Shown: positions 17,581 to 26,277 of the stretch, piece by piece
Position numbering within the stretch: position 1 is the stretch's first letter
Layout: each line of letters opens with the position of its first letter
NCBI GenBank assembly: GCA_963742845.1
Contig: CAVUNK010000008.1
Coordinates: forward strand, 709,219-773,218
Length of the DNA: 64,000 bases
Reading direction: 5' to 3'
From: an uncultured Verrucomicrobiae bacterium
Lineage (GTDB): Bacteria > Verrucomicrobiota > Verrucomicrobiia > Chthoniobacterales > UBA10450
The notes under the pieces: model-generated
Told to the model about the DNA's origin: nothing
The model's database searches: none
What the model saw: the letters and a program-made list of their open reading frames with translations, nothing else
Position numbers and translations under genes: made by a program

Positions 17581-18036
17581 TTATCTCGACCGTCGGCGCA
17601 GATGCTTCACGAACGCGCGCAGGGTTTCCTGGCTGACGTGATGCTCGATCCCTTCCGCGTCCGATTGTGCGACCACGGCCGGCACGCCTAACGACTTTAA
17701 AAAATCGACCACCGTCTCGTGCCGCCGCCGGGATTCCTCGGACAGCGTCTGCCCGCCCGCCGTGAGAAAAATCGAGCGATACGGCCGGCTCGTGACCAAC
17801 CCTTCGCGCTGCAGCCGCTTGATCGTGCGCGTCACGGTCACATGGGTCACCCCGAGCCGGCGCGCGACATCGATCACCCGCGCCTCGCCCGTGGTGGCGA
17901 TTAGATCGGCGATGATCTCCACGTAATCCTGCGCGATCTCGTGCGAATGCTCCTCCCGCGTCCGCCGCGGGTGCTGGTGCGGGAGCGCGGGTTTGGATTT
18001 GGCCTTCTTGCTGGCCGGGGCGGCGGAAGCGGACAT
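17581..18036 (-). CDS. mntR: DtxR/MntR family metal-dependent transcriptional repressor
   Basis: QDYVEIIADLIATTGEARVIDVARRLGVTHVTVTRTIKRLQREGLV plus the metal-site region HETVVDFL..AEGIEHHVS. It is divergent from mntH. Confidence 0.85.
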   Translation of the reverse strand: MSASAAPASKKAKSKPALPHQHPRRTREEHSHEIAQDYVEIIADLIATTGEARVIDVARRLGVTHVTVTRTIKRLQREGLVTSRPYRSIFLTAGGQTLSEESRRRHETVVDFLKSLGVPAVVAQSDAEGIEHHVSQETLRAFVKHLRRRSR

Positions 18037-18088
18037 CGCAGCGCGAGCAAACCAAAGAATGGAGCTCCTGACAACCCCGAAGATTAAG

Positions 18089-18106
18089 TTGTAGCAGACG
18101 CTACAA
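18089..18106. promoter_or_regulatory. perfect palindrome TTGTAGC-AGAC-GCTACAA in the mntR-mntH intergenic region (candidate MntR operator)
   Basis: Read directly. It lies 49 nt upstream of the mntH ATG. Confidence 0.45.
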
Positions 18107-18127
18107 ATTCCAGCATTTGCTCCGGAG

Positions 18128-18143
18128 TGTAGAACCTGCTATA
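18128..18143. promoter_or_regulatory. second, imperfect TGTAG-N6-CTATA operator-like palindrome overlapping a TATAAA -10-like box
   Basis: TGTAGAACCTGCTATA followed by AAAAATCCCCG-ATG (mntH). Confidence 0.3.
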
Positions 18144-18154
18144 AAAAATCCCCG

Positions 18155-19555
18155 ATGCCGGATGTGACCGAAGAACGCGCGCCCGAAGTGGCCGGCGCCT
18201 GGCGTCGCAGCGGCGGTCTCGTTTCCCTCCCGGAGTCGCACCGGAGCGTCACCGTCCCGGCTGACGCCTCTTTCTGGCGCAAGCTCGCGGCCTTTTCCGG
18301 TCCCGGTTTTCTCGTCGCGGTCGGCTACATGGACCCGGGAAACTGGGCGACCGATCTCGCAGGCGGCGCGCAGTTTGGTTACACCCTGCTCTCCGTCGTC
18401 CTCCTCTCGAACCTGATGGCGATTCTGCTCCAGCATCTCGCGATCAAGCTCGGCGTCGCGACGGGTCGCGATCTCGCGCAGGCCTGCCGCGATCACTACT
18501 CGAAACCGACCGTGATTTTCCTTTGGATCCTCTGCGAGATCGCAATCGCGGCCTGCGATCTCGCCGAGGTGGTCGGCTCCGCGATCGCGCTCCAACTGCT
18601 CTTCGGCATCCCGCTGGTCTGGGGCTGCCTGATCACCGCGGCCGATGTTTTCGTGGTTCTTTACCTTCAGCATAAAGGCTTCCGCCGGATGGAAGCGATC
18701 GTGACCGTGCTGATTGGGACGATCGCGCTTTGCTTCGCTTCCGAGCTCTTTTTTTCCCGGCCGCACCTGCCCGCGGTGCTCGCGGGATTTTTGCCCCACG
18801 CGGAGGTGGTGACGAACCCGAAGATGCTCTACATCGCGATCGGGATCATCGGCGCGACGGTGATGCCGCATAATCTTTATCTTCACTCCTCGATTGTGCA
18901 GACCCGGAAGTTTGAGCAGACGCCCGCGGGCCGGCGCGAAGCGATCTTTTTCGGCACGATCGATTCGAGCGGTGCGCTCATGTTTGCGCTCCTGATCAAC
19001 GGCGCCATCCTCGTCCTCGCGGCCTCGGCTTTTCACTGGTCGGGGCACCAGGACGTGGCGGAAATCCAGGACGCGTTCAAGCTCCTTAGCCCATTGTTAG
19101 GCGTGGGCGCGGCGAGTGCGCTCTTCGCGGTCGCGCTGCTCGCGTCCGGGCAAAATTCGACGCTCACTGGCACGCTCGCCGGCCAGATCGTGATGGAAGG
19201 TTTCCTCAACTTCCGGATCGCGCCCTGGCTGCGGCGGGTGATCACGCGCGCCCTCGCGCTCGTTCCCGCCGTGCTCGTGATCGGGATTTTCGGCGAGAAG
19301 GAAACCACCGCCTTGCTCATCGCGAGCCAGGTGGTGTTGAGCATGCAACTCGGTTTCGCGGTTTGGCCGCTGCTCCGTTTCACCGATGAAAAAGCGAAGA
19401 TGGGCGAGTTCGCGAATCGCGCGTGGATCAAAATCCTCGGCTGGATCACCGCGGCCATCATCATCGTTTTAAACGTGAAGCTGCTCTTCGATTTCTTCCT
19501 GCCCGCGTCGTGGACTGCTCCGGTCTATCACGCGCTCGGGCTGCCTCAGGGCTGA
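18155..19555 (+). CDS. mntH: Nramp-family divalent metal (Mn2+/Fe2+) transporter MntH
   Basis: GPGFLVAVGYMDPGNWATDL and ..GATVMPHNLYLHSSIVQTR.. signature motifs; 466 aa. Confidence 0.95.
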   Translation: MPDVTEERAPEVAGAWRRSGGLVSLPESHRSVTVPADASFWRKLAAFSGPGFLVAVGYMDPGNWATDLAGGAQFGYTLLSVVLLSNLMAILLQHLAIKLGVATGRDLAQACRDHYSKPTVIFLWILCEIAIAACDLAEVVGSAIALQLLFGIPLVWGCLITAADVFVVLYLQHKGFRRMEAIVTVLIGTIALCFASELFFSRPHLPAVLAGFLPHAEVVTNPKMLYIAIGIIGATVMPHNLYLHSSIVQTRKFEQTPAGRREAIFFGTIDSSGALMFALLINGAILVLAASAFHWSGHQDVAEIQDAFKLLSPLLGVGAASALFAVALLASGQNSTLTGTLAGQIVMEGFLNFRIAPWLRRVITRALALVPAVLVIGIFGEKETTALLIASQVVLSMQLGFAVWPLLRFTDEKAKMGEFANRAWIKILGWITAAIIIVLNVKLLFDFFLPASWTAPVYHALGLPQG

Positions 19556-19563
19556 CCATCTCC

Positions 19564-19642
19564 TCCTAATCCTGCTCCTGCTCCTAATCTTCCCTGCTTC
19601 CTGAAAAAGAGAGCAGGAGCAAGAGCAGGAGCAGGATTAGGA
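19564..19642. repeat. long hairpin with a 20-bp perfect stem (TCCTAATCCTGCTCCTGCTC / GAGCAGGAGCAGGATTAGGA) just after mntH
   Basis: Arms at 19564-19583 and 19623-19642. The inner region is partly self-complementary and there is no trailing T-tract. Confidence 0.6.
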
Positions 19643-19715
19643 AGATGACCGTGCACCGGCGCGAGATTAGACAGCGCGCGCGATCTGGCTTAACGATCCC
19701 GAGCCTAACCACGCC

Positions 19716-20036
19716 ATGTTTTTACCGACCAAAATTTACTTCATCGTCTTCGGAATTCTCACCATCGCGGGCGGCCTGATGGGCTACCTGAAAGCCAACA
19801 GTACCGCGTCGCTCATCGCCGGTGGGATCAGCGGCGTGCTCCTGATTGTCGCCGCGCTGCTCCTGCCCTCGCATGTGGTGGTCGCGCTCTCGCTCGCGAT
19901 CGTAGTTTCGCTCCTGCTCGCGGGGCGGTTTCTGCCGGCCTTTTTTCGGACCGGCAAAATGATGCCGGACGGCATGATGGCCGTGCTCAGCATCATCGCG
20001 ATCGTCTTCGCGGTCGCAGCCTGGCTGCGGAAATAG
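19716..20036 (+). CDS. TMEM14-family small membrane protein
   Basis: 106 aa with four predicted TM helices; FGILTIAGGLMGYLKANSTASLIAGGISG. Confidence 0.65.
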   Translation: MFLPTKIYFIVFGILTIAGGLMGYLKANSTASLIAGGISGVLLIVAALLLPSHVVVALSLAIVVSLLLAGRFLPAFFRTGKMMPDGMMAVLSIIAIVFAVAAWLRK

Positions 20037-20048
20037 CGGGCTCGGCGC

Positions 20049-21452
20049 GTGCGCAAGTTCCGCCTGAGCACGCTGCGTTGGCTCGCGTTGCTCCTATTTA
20101 TCGCGCTCTTCGGCGCGATTGTGCTTCGCTGGATTTCGCTCGAGAAATTGCGCCTGAGCATGCTCCGGCTCGGGCCGCAGGTCCTCGCCACGCCCACGCC
20201 GACCGCGACCCCGGCGGCGCCGACACCGACCCGGCCGCCGGTCGTGACAGGCAAAGTGGACACGGGAAAAATCTGGGGCGGGATCACGATCCACGCGCAA
20301 GTCGAGCCGACGCCCGGCGCGGCGGCATCGGTCGAGCGGCTCGATCCACAAAGTTACGTGATCGATTTGAATCTGAAGATCCGCGTCCCGCAGCCTAACG
20401 AAAAGCTGGAGGAACTCGCACAGGTCACACCGGAACTGCCGAAGCTCCTGCCGGGCCTCGCCGCGATGGTGAAAGCGGGCGCGGTTTCGCCGCTGTTCCG
20501 CGAGCTCTACGAGATCAAGGTGCAGGAGCTGCGGCAGAATCTGGTGCGGCTCGATCAGCTGCTCTCGCGTCACAATTTCTACGACTGCCAGACGATCCTC
20601 CAGCTCCGCGATCCGACCACGAAACGCGCGGCGGTGCTCTTGCAGGCCGATATGGACGTCGATGCCGATGGTTCCGACTCCGACCGAATGCCGATCAGCG
20701 CGGGCGGGTCGATGAATTTCAAGCCGTTCACGAGCTATCGCTGGAAGAAGAAAACCACGGTCCCGAACGCGTTTCTCGCGCCGACCGAGGCGACGTTGAA
20801 GCGTTACGAAACGGAATTCGCGCTCAAGGGCCTGACGATGGAGCGGAATCGCGATCTGCGGATCGGGATTCAGCGGGTGCGCGACGAAGTCGACTCGCTG
20901 AAGCGTTTTAGTTTCCTGATCGCGGCGACCGACCCGTATATCGTGCTGCCGGGGATCATGTCGCGCGCGAAGGATGCCGGGAAAGTCGGCGACTACGCGA
21001 TCGTCGCGGTCGGCGATAAACTTTATCCCGCGATCGTCGGCGACGTCGGGCCCAATGATCGCGTCGGCGAAGCGTCGCTGCGGATCGCGAAGGAAGTGAA
21101 CGCGCTCGCGACCGCGAACAACCGGCCGGTGAGCGACCTGAAAGTGACCTACCTGATTTTCCCCGGAACCGCCGAGAAGGATTTCGGCCCGCCCGATTTG
21201 AACCTGATCGAAACGCGCTGCGCGGCGTTGGTGAAAGAAATCGGCGGCGCGAGCGTGCCGCTGCATCATTGGGAAAATCTGATCCCGACACCGACCCCCA
21301 CGCCGACGCCAACCCCCACGCCCACTCCGACGCCGACACCAACGCCGAGCGCAACGCCCACGCCATCCGCGAGCCCGACTCCGATCGTCTCTCCCACCTT
21401 CGCCTTTCCTACGCCCACGCCTGACGCATCGCTCGCTTCCCCGACGCCCTAA
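20049..21452 (+). CDS. GH75-like (chitosanase-family) domain protein with a C-terminal Thr/Pro-rich tail
   Basis: N-terminal TM/signal; [10 protein letters not shown] and ..[25 protein letters not shown].. motifs. The C-terminus is (TP)n: [33 protein letters not shown]. Confidence 0.55.
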   Translation: MRKFRLSTLRWLALLLFIALFGAIVLRWISLEKLRLSMLRLGPQVLATPTPTATPAAPTPTRPPVVTGKVDTGKIWGGITIHAQVEPTPGAAASVERLDPQSYVIDLNLKIRVPQPNEKLEELAQVTPELPKLLPGLAAMVKAGAVSPLFRELYEIKVQELRQNLVRLDQLLSRHNFYDCQTILQLRDPTTKRAAVLLQADMDVDADGSDSDRMPISAGGSMNFKPFTSYRWKKKTTVPNAFLAPTEATLKRYETEFALKGLTMERNRDLRIGIQRVRDEVDSLKRFSFLIAATDPYIVLPGIMSRAKDAGKVGDYAIVAVGDKLYPAIVGDVGPNDRVGEASLRIAKEVNALATANNRPVSDLKVTYLIFPGTAEKDFGPPDLNLIETRCAALVKEIGGASVPLHHWENLIPTPTPTPTPTPTPTPTPTPTPSATPTPSASPTPIVSPTFAFPTPTPDASLASPTP

Positions 21453-21513
21453 CGTCGCGCAATTGTAACAATAACAATTTTGCGGCGCGCCGTGGAGCCC
21501 GTTACACAGGGGC

Positions 21514-22341
21514 GTGGTCGCCCATCGCACGAAGCACTATCGTGCCGCCTGGATCTCCGATGTCCATCTCGGCACCCGCGGCAGCAACGCCGCCGCCCTG
21601 CTCGATTTCCTAAAGGAGAACGAGTTTGAGACCCTCTATGTCGTCGGCGACCTGATCGATATCTGGTCGTTGCGGCGTGGCATCTATTGGCCGCAGGAGC
21701 ACAATGACGTGATCCAGAAAATCCTTCGCAAGGCTCGCAAAGGCACCCGCGTCATCTACATCCCGGGGAATCACGACGAGTTCCTCGGCAGCCATCTCGG
21801 CGCGTATGGCGCGATCACGATCCAGAAGCACGCGATCCATCTCACGGCCGACGGGCGTCGCTTGCTCATCATGCACGGACATGAGCTCGACACCGTGGTG
21901 CAAAACATCCGCTGGCTGGCCTTCCTCGGCGACGTCGGCTACCAATTCCTCCTCGCGCTGAACCCGCTGGTCAACGCCGTCCGCCGCACCTTCGGCTTCG
22001 GCTACTGGTCGCTCAGCAAGGCGGTGAAAAAGCGGGTAAAAGACGCGGTCAGTTTCATCGGCGCCTACGAGGACGCGATCGTGCGCTACGCGGAAAAGTT
22101 CCACGTCGACGGCGTGCTCTGCGGGCATATCCATAGTCCGGTCGTTAGGCAGATCGGCCCGACGACTTATTACAATTGCGGCGACTGGGTGGAGAACTGC
22201 TCCGCGCTGGTCGAAGATGACCAGGGCCGGATCGAGCTGCGGCTCGTCGGCACGGCGGAGCGAGCTTATGAAAAAGAAACCGGACCAGCCTTCGAGCGAC
22301 GAGACCTCGCCGGCGAGATCCTTGGTTCTCGATCTCGTTAG
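21514..22341 (+). CDS. LpxH-like metallophosphoesterase (UDP-2,3-diacylglucosamine diphosphatase family)
   Basis: ISDVHLG, GDLIDIW, GNHDEF and GH..D / GHIH metallophosphoesterase motifs. Confidence 0.75.
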   Translation: MVAHRTKHYRAAWISDVHLGTRGSNAAALLDFLKENEFETLYVVGDLIDIWSLRRGIYWPQEHNDVIQKILRKARKGTRVIYIPGNHDEFLGSHLGAYGAITIQKHAIHLTADGRRLLIMHGHELDTVVQNIRWLAFLGDVGYQFLLALNPLVNAVRRTFGFGYWSLSKAVKKRVKDAVSFIGAYEDAIVRYAEKFHVDGVLCGHIHSPVVRQIGPTTYYNCGDWVENCSALVEDDQGRIELRLVGTAERAYEKETGPAFERRDLAGEILGSRSR

Positions 22342-22603
22342 TCTGCGTCGCGTTTTGCGACAGACCGGGCGCGCCTATCTGCGCCGGCTGGAGAACGAGC
22401 TCGACGAAGTGACCACTTGGGCGCGCGAGCAGGCGCACACGCCGGATCTGCCGAAGACACGCCAGCGCGACCTCGGCGACATGATCACCCTGGTGCGCAA
22501 GATCGAAGTGAAGCCAAGGAAGGGTCGCCGCCGGGATCTGAAGAAGATCGATGCAACTGTAGCCGACCTGCGCGAGCTGAGTGCGCTGCCGGGCGTTCGT
22601 TAG
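22268..22603 (+). CDS. hypothetical protein (basic, 111 aa)
   Basis: ATG at 22268 within track ORF 22217..22603; no family recognised. The TAG stop is inside a motif copy. Confidence 0.4.
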   Translation: MKKKPDQPSSDETSPARSLVLDLVSLRRVLRQTGRAYLRRLENELDEVTTWAREQAHTPDLPKTRQRDLGDMITLVRKIEVKPRKGRRRDLKKIDATVADLRELSALPGVR

Positions 22604-22664
22604 GCCGGGCGAGGTGATGATTCGCTCCTGACAGGAGAACGAAAATCGAGCTAGCTTTGCGTCG

Positions 22665-23105
22665 ATGACCGCGCTCGATCGGCTCCGCGAGACCGAGAAA
22701 TTCCTCCACGAAAAAATCCCGCTGACCCGCGCGATGGAGGTGCACGTGGCGAGCAACGACGCGCGCCAGCTCACGCTCACCGCCCCGCTCGCAGCCAATC
22801 ACAACCATCTCGGCACCGCCTTTGGCGGCAGCCTCGCCGCGCTCGCGATGCTGGCCGGCTACGCCTTGCTCTGGCTGGAACTGGGCGATCGCGACGCGCA
22901 CATCGTGATCAGCGAGAGCACGCTCCATTTCCGGCGGCCGGTCCGGGGCGAACTTCAGGCGACCTGCATTCGCCCTGAGGATCTGGCTGATTTTCGGAGA
23001 ACCTTCGAGGCCAAAGGAAAAGCGCGTCTCAACCTGGAAGTCGAGATCAGATCCGAAGGCGAAATCGCAGTCGCATTCAGCGGCACCTATGTGGCCCGAC
23101 GGTAA
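22665..23105 (+). CDS. YiiD C-terminal-type thioesterase domain protein
   Basis: IPLTRAMEV..LTAPLAANHNHLGTAFGGSLAALAMLAGY pattern. Confidence 0.7.
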   Translation: MTALDRLRETEKFLHEKIPLTRAMEVHVASNDARQLTLTAPLAANHNHLGTAFGGSLAALAMLAGYALLWLELGDRDAHIVISESTLHFRRPVRGELQATCIRPEDLADFRRTFEAKGKARLNLEVEIRSEGEIAVAFSGTYVARR

Positions 23106-23179
23106 GGTTTCAGGCGAGAGAACCCAGAATGGGTGTAAGCTGTTACCGAAGAATTGACGCCCTAACGAATATATGACTT

Positions 23180-23512
23180 ATGCTTAACGACCGCATCGAG
23201 ACGATCCAGTCGATCATTGAACAGACCGGCAACCTCCCCGCGGAGAGGAAGGCGGAACTCCTGCAATTGGTGGCTGGATTGCAAGCGGAGATAGCCGCGC
23301 TCTCGCAGACGCACCACGATGAAGCTTCCAGCATCACCCGCTTCGCCGATGTCTCCGCGCATGAAGCGGTGCGGGCGCAGAAAAATCCGCAGCTAGCCGA
23401 CACGGCGCTGGAGGGGTTGCGCGCTTCGGTGCAAGGCTTCGAAGAGACTCATCCTGCTCTCGTCGGAGTGGTCAGCCGGTTCGCGACGGCCTTGTCGAAT
23501 ATGGGACTTTGA
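23180..23512 (+). CDS. DUF4404 family protein
   Basis: 110 aa ending ..FEETHPALVGVVSRFATALSNMGL, as I recall for DUF4404. Confidence 0.6.
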   Translation: MLNDRIETIQSIIEQTGNLPAERKAELLQLVAGLQAEIAALSQTHHDEASSITRFADVSAHEAVRAQKNPQLADTALEGLRASVQGFEETHPALVGVVSRFATALSNMGL

Positions 23513-23526
23513 ATGGAGAGATAATC

Positions 23527-24549
23527 ATGGCGCCGACGACGTTGGAAGGGACCGCCCAGGCGCTTTTGGCGCGAGGCAAAGGAATCCTTGCCGCGGATGA
23601 GAGTTTTCCGACGATCGGGAAGCGCTTTCAGGCGCTCGATATTCCCTCGACGGAAGAGAACCGCGAAGCTTACCGCGAGATGCTTTTTACGACTCCCGGA
23701 CTGGGTGAATTCATCAGCGGCGTGATCTTGTTCGATGAGACACTCCGCCAACGCACAAAGAAGAGCGTTCCACTCCAAGAGCTACTCACGAACCAGGGGA
23801 TCATTCCAGGAATCAAAGTGGATCTGGGAACGGTTCCGCTGCCCTTTTTCCCGGGGGAGAAGATGACTCAGGGACTTGATGGCCTGCGCGAACGGCTCCG
23901 CGGGTATCATGATCTTGGCGCCCGTTTCACTAAGTGGCGCGCCGTCATTGCCATCGGCGAAGACCTACCGACGGATGCGTGCCTGGAAGCAAACGCTCAC
24001 GCGCTCGCACTCTTTGCCGCACTTAGCCAGGAGGCGGGCTTAGTCCCGATTGTCGAGCCGGAGGTTCTAATGGATGGAACCCACAACCTCGCGCGCTGCG
24101 AGGAAGTGACCCGGGTAACACTGGAGCTCGTTTTCAAAGAGTTATCGACCCATCGCGTGGTGCTATCAGGGATGTTACTCAAAACCGGCATGGTCTTATC
24201 GGGTAAAGACTGCCCTAAACAAGCTGGGATCGACGAAGTCTCGAAGGCCACCATCCGCTGCCTGCGTCACGCGGTCCCGCCGGCGGTTCCAGGGATTGTG
24301 TTTCTTTCCGGCGGGCAGGGCGACGTGGAAGCGACGGAGCGACTAAATGCCATCTGTGGCGTCGACGATTTGCCGTGGACGATCAGCTTTTCCTTCGGCC
24401 GCGCCCTGCAGGACGCCGCGCTGAAAACGTGGCACGGGTCGACCGATAACCTGGTTGCCGCGCAATCCGCGCTTCACCATCGCGCGCGCTGCAATGGCTT
24501 GGCGACGCAGGGAAAATATTCCGCCGCAGTGGAAAGTGTGATTCGTTGA
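23527..24549 (+). CDS. fba: class I fructose-bisphosphate aldolase
   Basis: GKGILAADES, ..GIKVD.G.. and the Schiff-base Lys context (LLKTGMV). The ATG at 23527 is preceded by GGAGAG. Confidence 0.9.
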   Translation: MAPTTLEGTAQALLARGKGILAADESFPTIGKRFQALDIPSTEENREAYREMLFTTPGLGEFISGVILFDETLRQRTKKSVPLQELLTNQGIIPGIKVDLGTVPLPFFPGEKMTQGLDGLRERLRGYHDLGARFTKWRAVIAIGEDLPTDACLEANAHALALFAALSQEAGLVPIVEPEVLMDGTHNLARCEEVTRVTLELVFKELSTHRVVLSGMLLKTGMVLSGKDCPKQAGIDEVSKATIRCLRHAVPPAVPGIVFLSGGQGDVEATERLNAICGVDDLPWTISFSFGRALQDAALKTWHGSTDNLVAAQSALHHRARCNGLATQGKYSAAVESVIR

Positions 24550-25778
24550 ATCGAGGCGGACCGCCAACTGGCGCGACCGACGCACACGTCCTGACCATTA
24601 ATGGGGGCTCATCGAGCATCAAGTTTGCGCTCTACCGGATCGGTGAATCGCTGGAGCGAGGGTTGCACGGAAAGATCGATCGCATCGGATCGAGCGGGAC
24701 GGAATTTATCTTCACTCCGCCTAACGAAGATAAGAAGGAGAGGTGTAAGATCGATGCGGCCGATCTTAAACTGGCGGCGAAGTTTTTGATCGATTGGCTG
24801 GAGGAACGAACGGATTTCAATTCGCTAAAGGCGGTCGGTCAGCGCGTCGTGCATGGCATGCGGCACACCGCGCCGGAGTTGGTCACGGCGGAGTTGCTCG
24901 AAGAGCTGCATCGCCTCACACCGTTCGATCCCGAGCATCTGCCCGGCGAGATTGAACTGATCGAAGCGTTTCGGCAGCGACATCCGAAACTCCCGCAGGT
25001 GGCGTGTTTCGACACCGCCTTTCATCGCGACATGCCGCGCGTGGCGAAGCTGCTCGCTATTCCGCGGCGCTATGAGGCGGAAGGAGTGCAACGCTACGGC
25101 TTCCACGGTTTGTCCTACTCATATCTGTTGGAAGAACTCGCGCGCCTCGGCGATCCATCGGCGACGAAAGGTCGCGTGATCCTCGCGCATCTCGGCAATG
25201 GCGCGAGTATGGCCGCAGTGCTGGATGGCAAGAGCATCGATACCAGCATGGGTTTTACACCGGCCTCCGGATTGCCGATGAGCACGCGCTCCGGCGATCT
25301 CGATCCGGGGTTGGTCAGCTATCTGGCGCGGACGGAGAAAATGACCGCTCCGCAATTTCAAAAAATGGTGAACCACGAATCAGGGCTGCTCGGAGTTTCA
25401 GAGATCAGCTCCGACATGCGCGACCTGCTTGCGCAGGAAGATACAGATGTGCGCGCCGCGGAAGCGGTGGCGCTGTTTTGTTATCAGGCGAAAAAATGGA
25501 TCGGCTCCTTCGCTGCTGCATTGGGCGGATTGGACACGCTTGTCTTCGCTGGTGGCATCGGCGAGAGCGCGCCGCTTATCCGCGAGCGGATCTGCGCCGG
25601 GCTTGGATTTCTCGGTATCGAACTCAGCCCGCAACGCAATGCGGAAAACGCGACGCTGATCTCGCGGGATGGCGCGCGCGTCACTCTGCGCGTCATTCGC
25701 ACCGATGAAGAATTGATAATTGCACGCTTAACTAGCGCCGTGCTCGGAGCCGAAGGCCCCGGTCCCTCGACCCGGTAG
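24546..25778 (+). CDS. ackA: acetate kinase
   Basis: LTINGGSSSIKFALY, ..GFHGLSY.., ..AHLGNGAS.., ..VFAGGIGE.. The TTG start overlaps the fba stop. Confidence 0.95.
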   Translation: MNRGGPPTGATDAHVLTINGGSSSIKFALYRIGESLERGLHGKIDRIGSSGTEFIFTPPNEDKKERCKIDAADLKLAAKFLIDWLEERTDFNSLKAVGQRVVHGMRHTAPELVTAELLEELHRLTPFDPEHLPGEIELIEAFRQRHPKLPQVACFDTAFHRDMPRVAKLLAIPRRYEAEGVQRYGFHGLSYSYLLEELARLGDPSATKGRVILAHLGNGASMAAVLDGKSIDTSMGFTPASGLPMSTRSGDLDPGLVSYLARTEKMTAPQFQKMVNHESGLLGVSEISSDMRDLLAQEDTDVRAAEAVALFCYQAKKWIGSFAAALGGLDTLVFAGGIGESAPLIRERICAGLGFLGIELSPQRNAENATLISRDGARVTLRVIRTDEELIIARLTSAVLGAEGPGPSTR

Positions 25779-25936
25779 CGCGGGCGGAAGATACGGATTC
25801 GGGTTCGGTCATAGCTCTTACCTATGCGTCGATGCCTTGAAAGGCATTAGCCGGGTCAACTCAATTCCGTGAAGTTCGTCCCTGAGCAATAACCGGATGA
25901 TGATTTGGGGGGAGGGCCACGTTGCCGCGTGAAAAA

Positions 25937-26005
25937 ATGGTCCTCACACTTCCGCCGCGGGATTACGACACCGCGCTCCTAGATCTCGATGGCGTGCTGA
26001 CTAAG
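25937..26005 (+). pseudogene. remnant of the 5' end of a HAD-superfamily hydrolase gene (about 22 codons)
   Basis: MVLTLPPRDYDTALLDLDGVLTKA carries HAD motif I (DxDGVLT). The frame then degenerates and terminates. Confidence 0.3.
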
Positions 26006-26102
26006 GCGGGAGGACACGGGTGTTTCGAGTGGCGTTCGCGCCGCTCGGCATCTGGCTGGAGCATTTCATCGTCTCGGCACGGCCAGACGCTTACGTGAGT
26101 CG

Positions 26103-26273
26103 ATGATTTCCACCGTTTTAGTTTTCGCGACGTTGCTTGGGTTGAGCGGCTCGGCCTTGCTCGCTTTTTGGTGGTCGGCGCAACATGGCGCGTTTGATCG
26201 ACCGCAGGAAGCGGCCCGCCAAATCCTCGACGCGGATGACGGCGAGGGCTCGGACGAGTTTCCCGGGAAATAA
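26103..26273 (+). CDS. ccoS: cbb3-type cytochrome oxidase maturation protein CcoS/FixS (56 aa; below the ORF-track cutoff)
   Basis: My own translation: MISTVLVFATLLGLSGSALLAFWWSAQHGAFDRPQEAARQILDADDGEGSDEFPGK. It has a single TM helix, then a G.FD...E...RIL.DDD pattern, and lies 4 nt upstream of ccoN. Confidence 0.7.
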   Translation: MISTVLVFATLLGLSGSALLAFWWSAQHGAFDRPQEAARQILDADDGEGSDEFPGK

Positions 26274-26277
26274 CCGA

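Noticed and set aside
21286-21452. ACNCCN tandem DNA repeat as a separate repeat element or VNTR.
   Set aside because: It is the in-frame coding sequence for the (Thr-Pro)n linker/tail of the 20049..21452 protein. Codon variants show selection at the peptide level.
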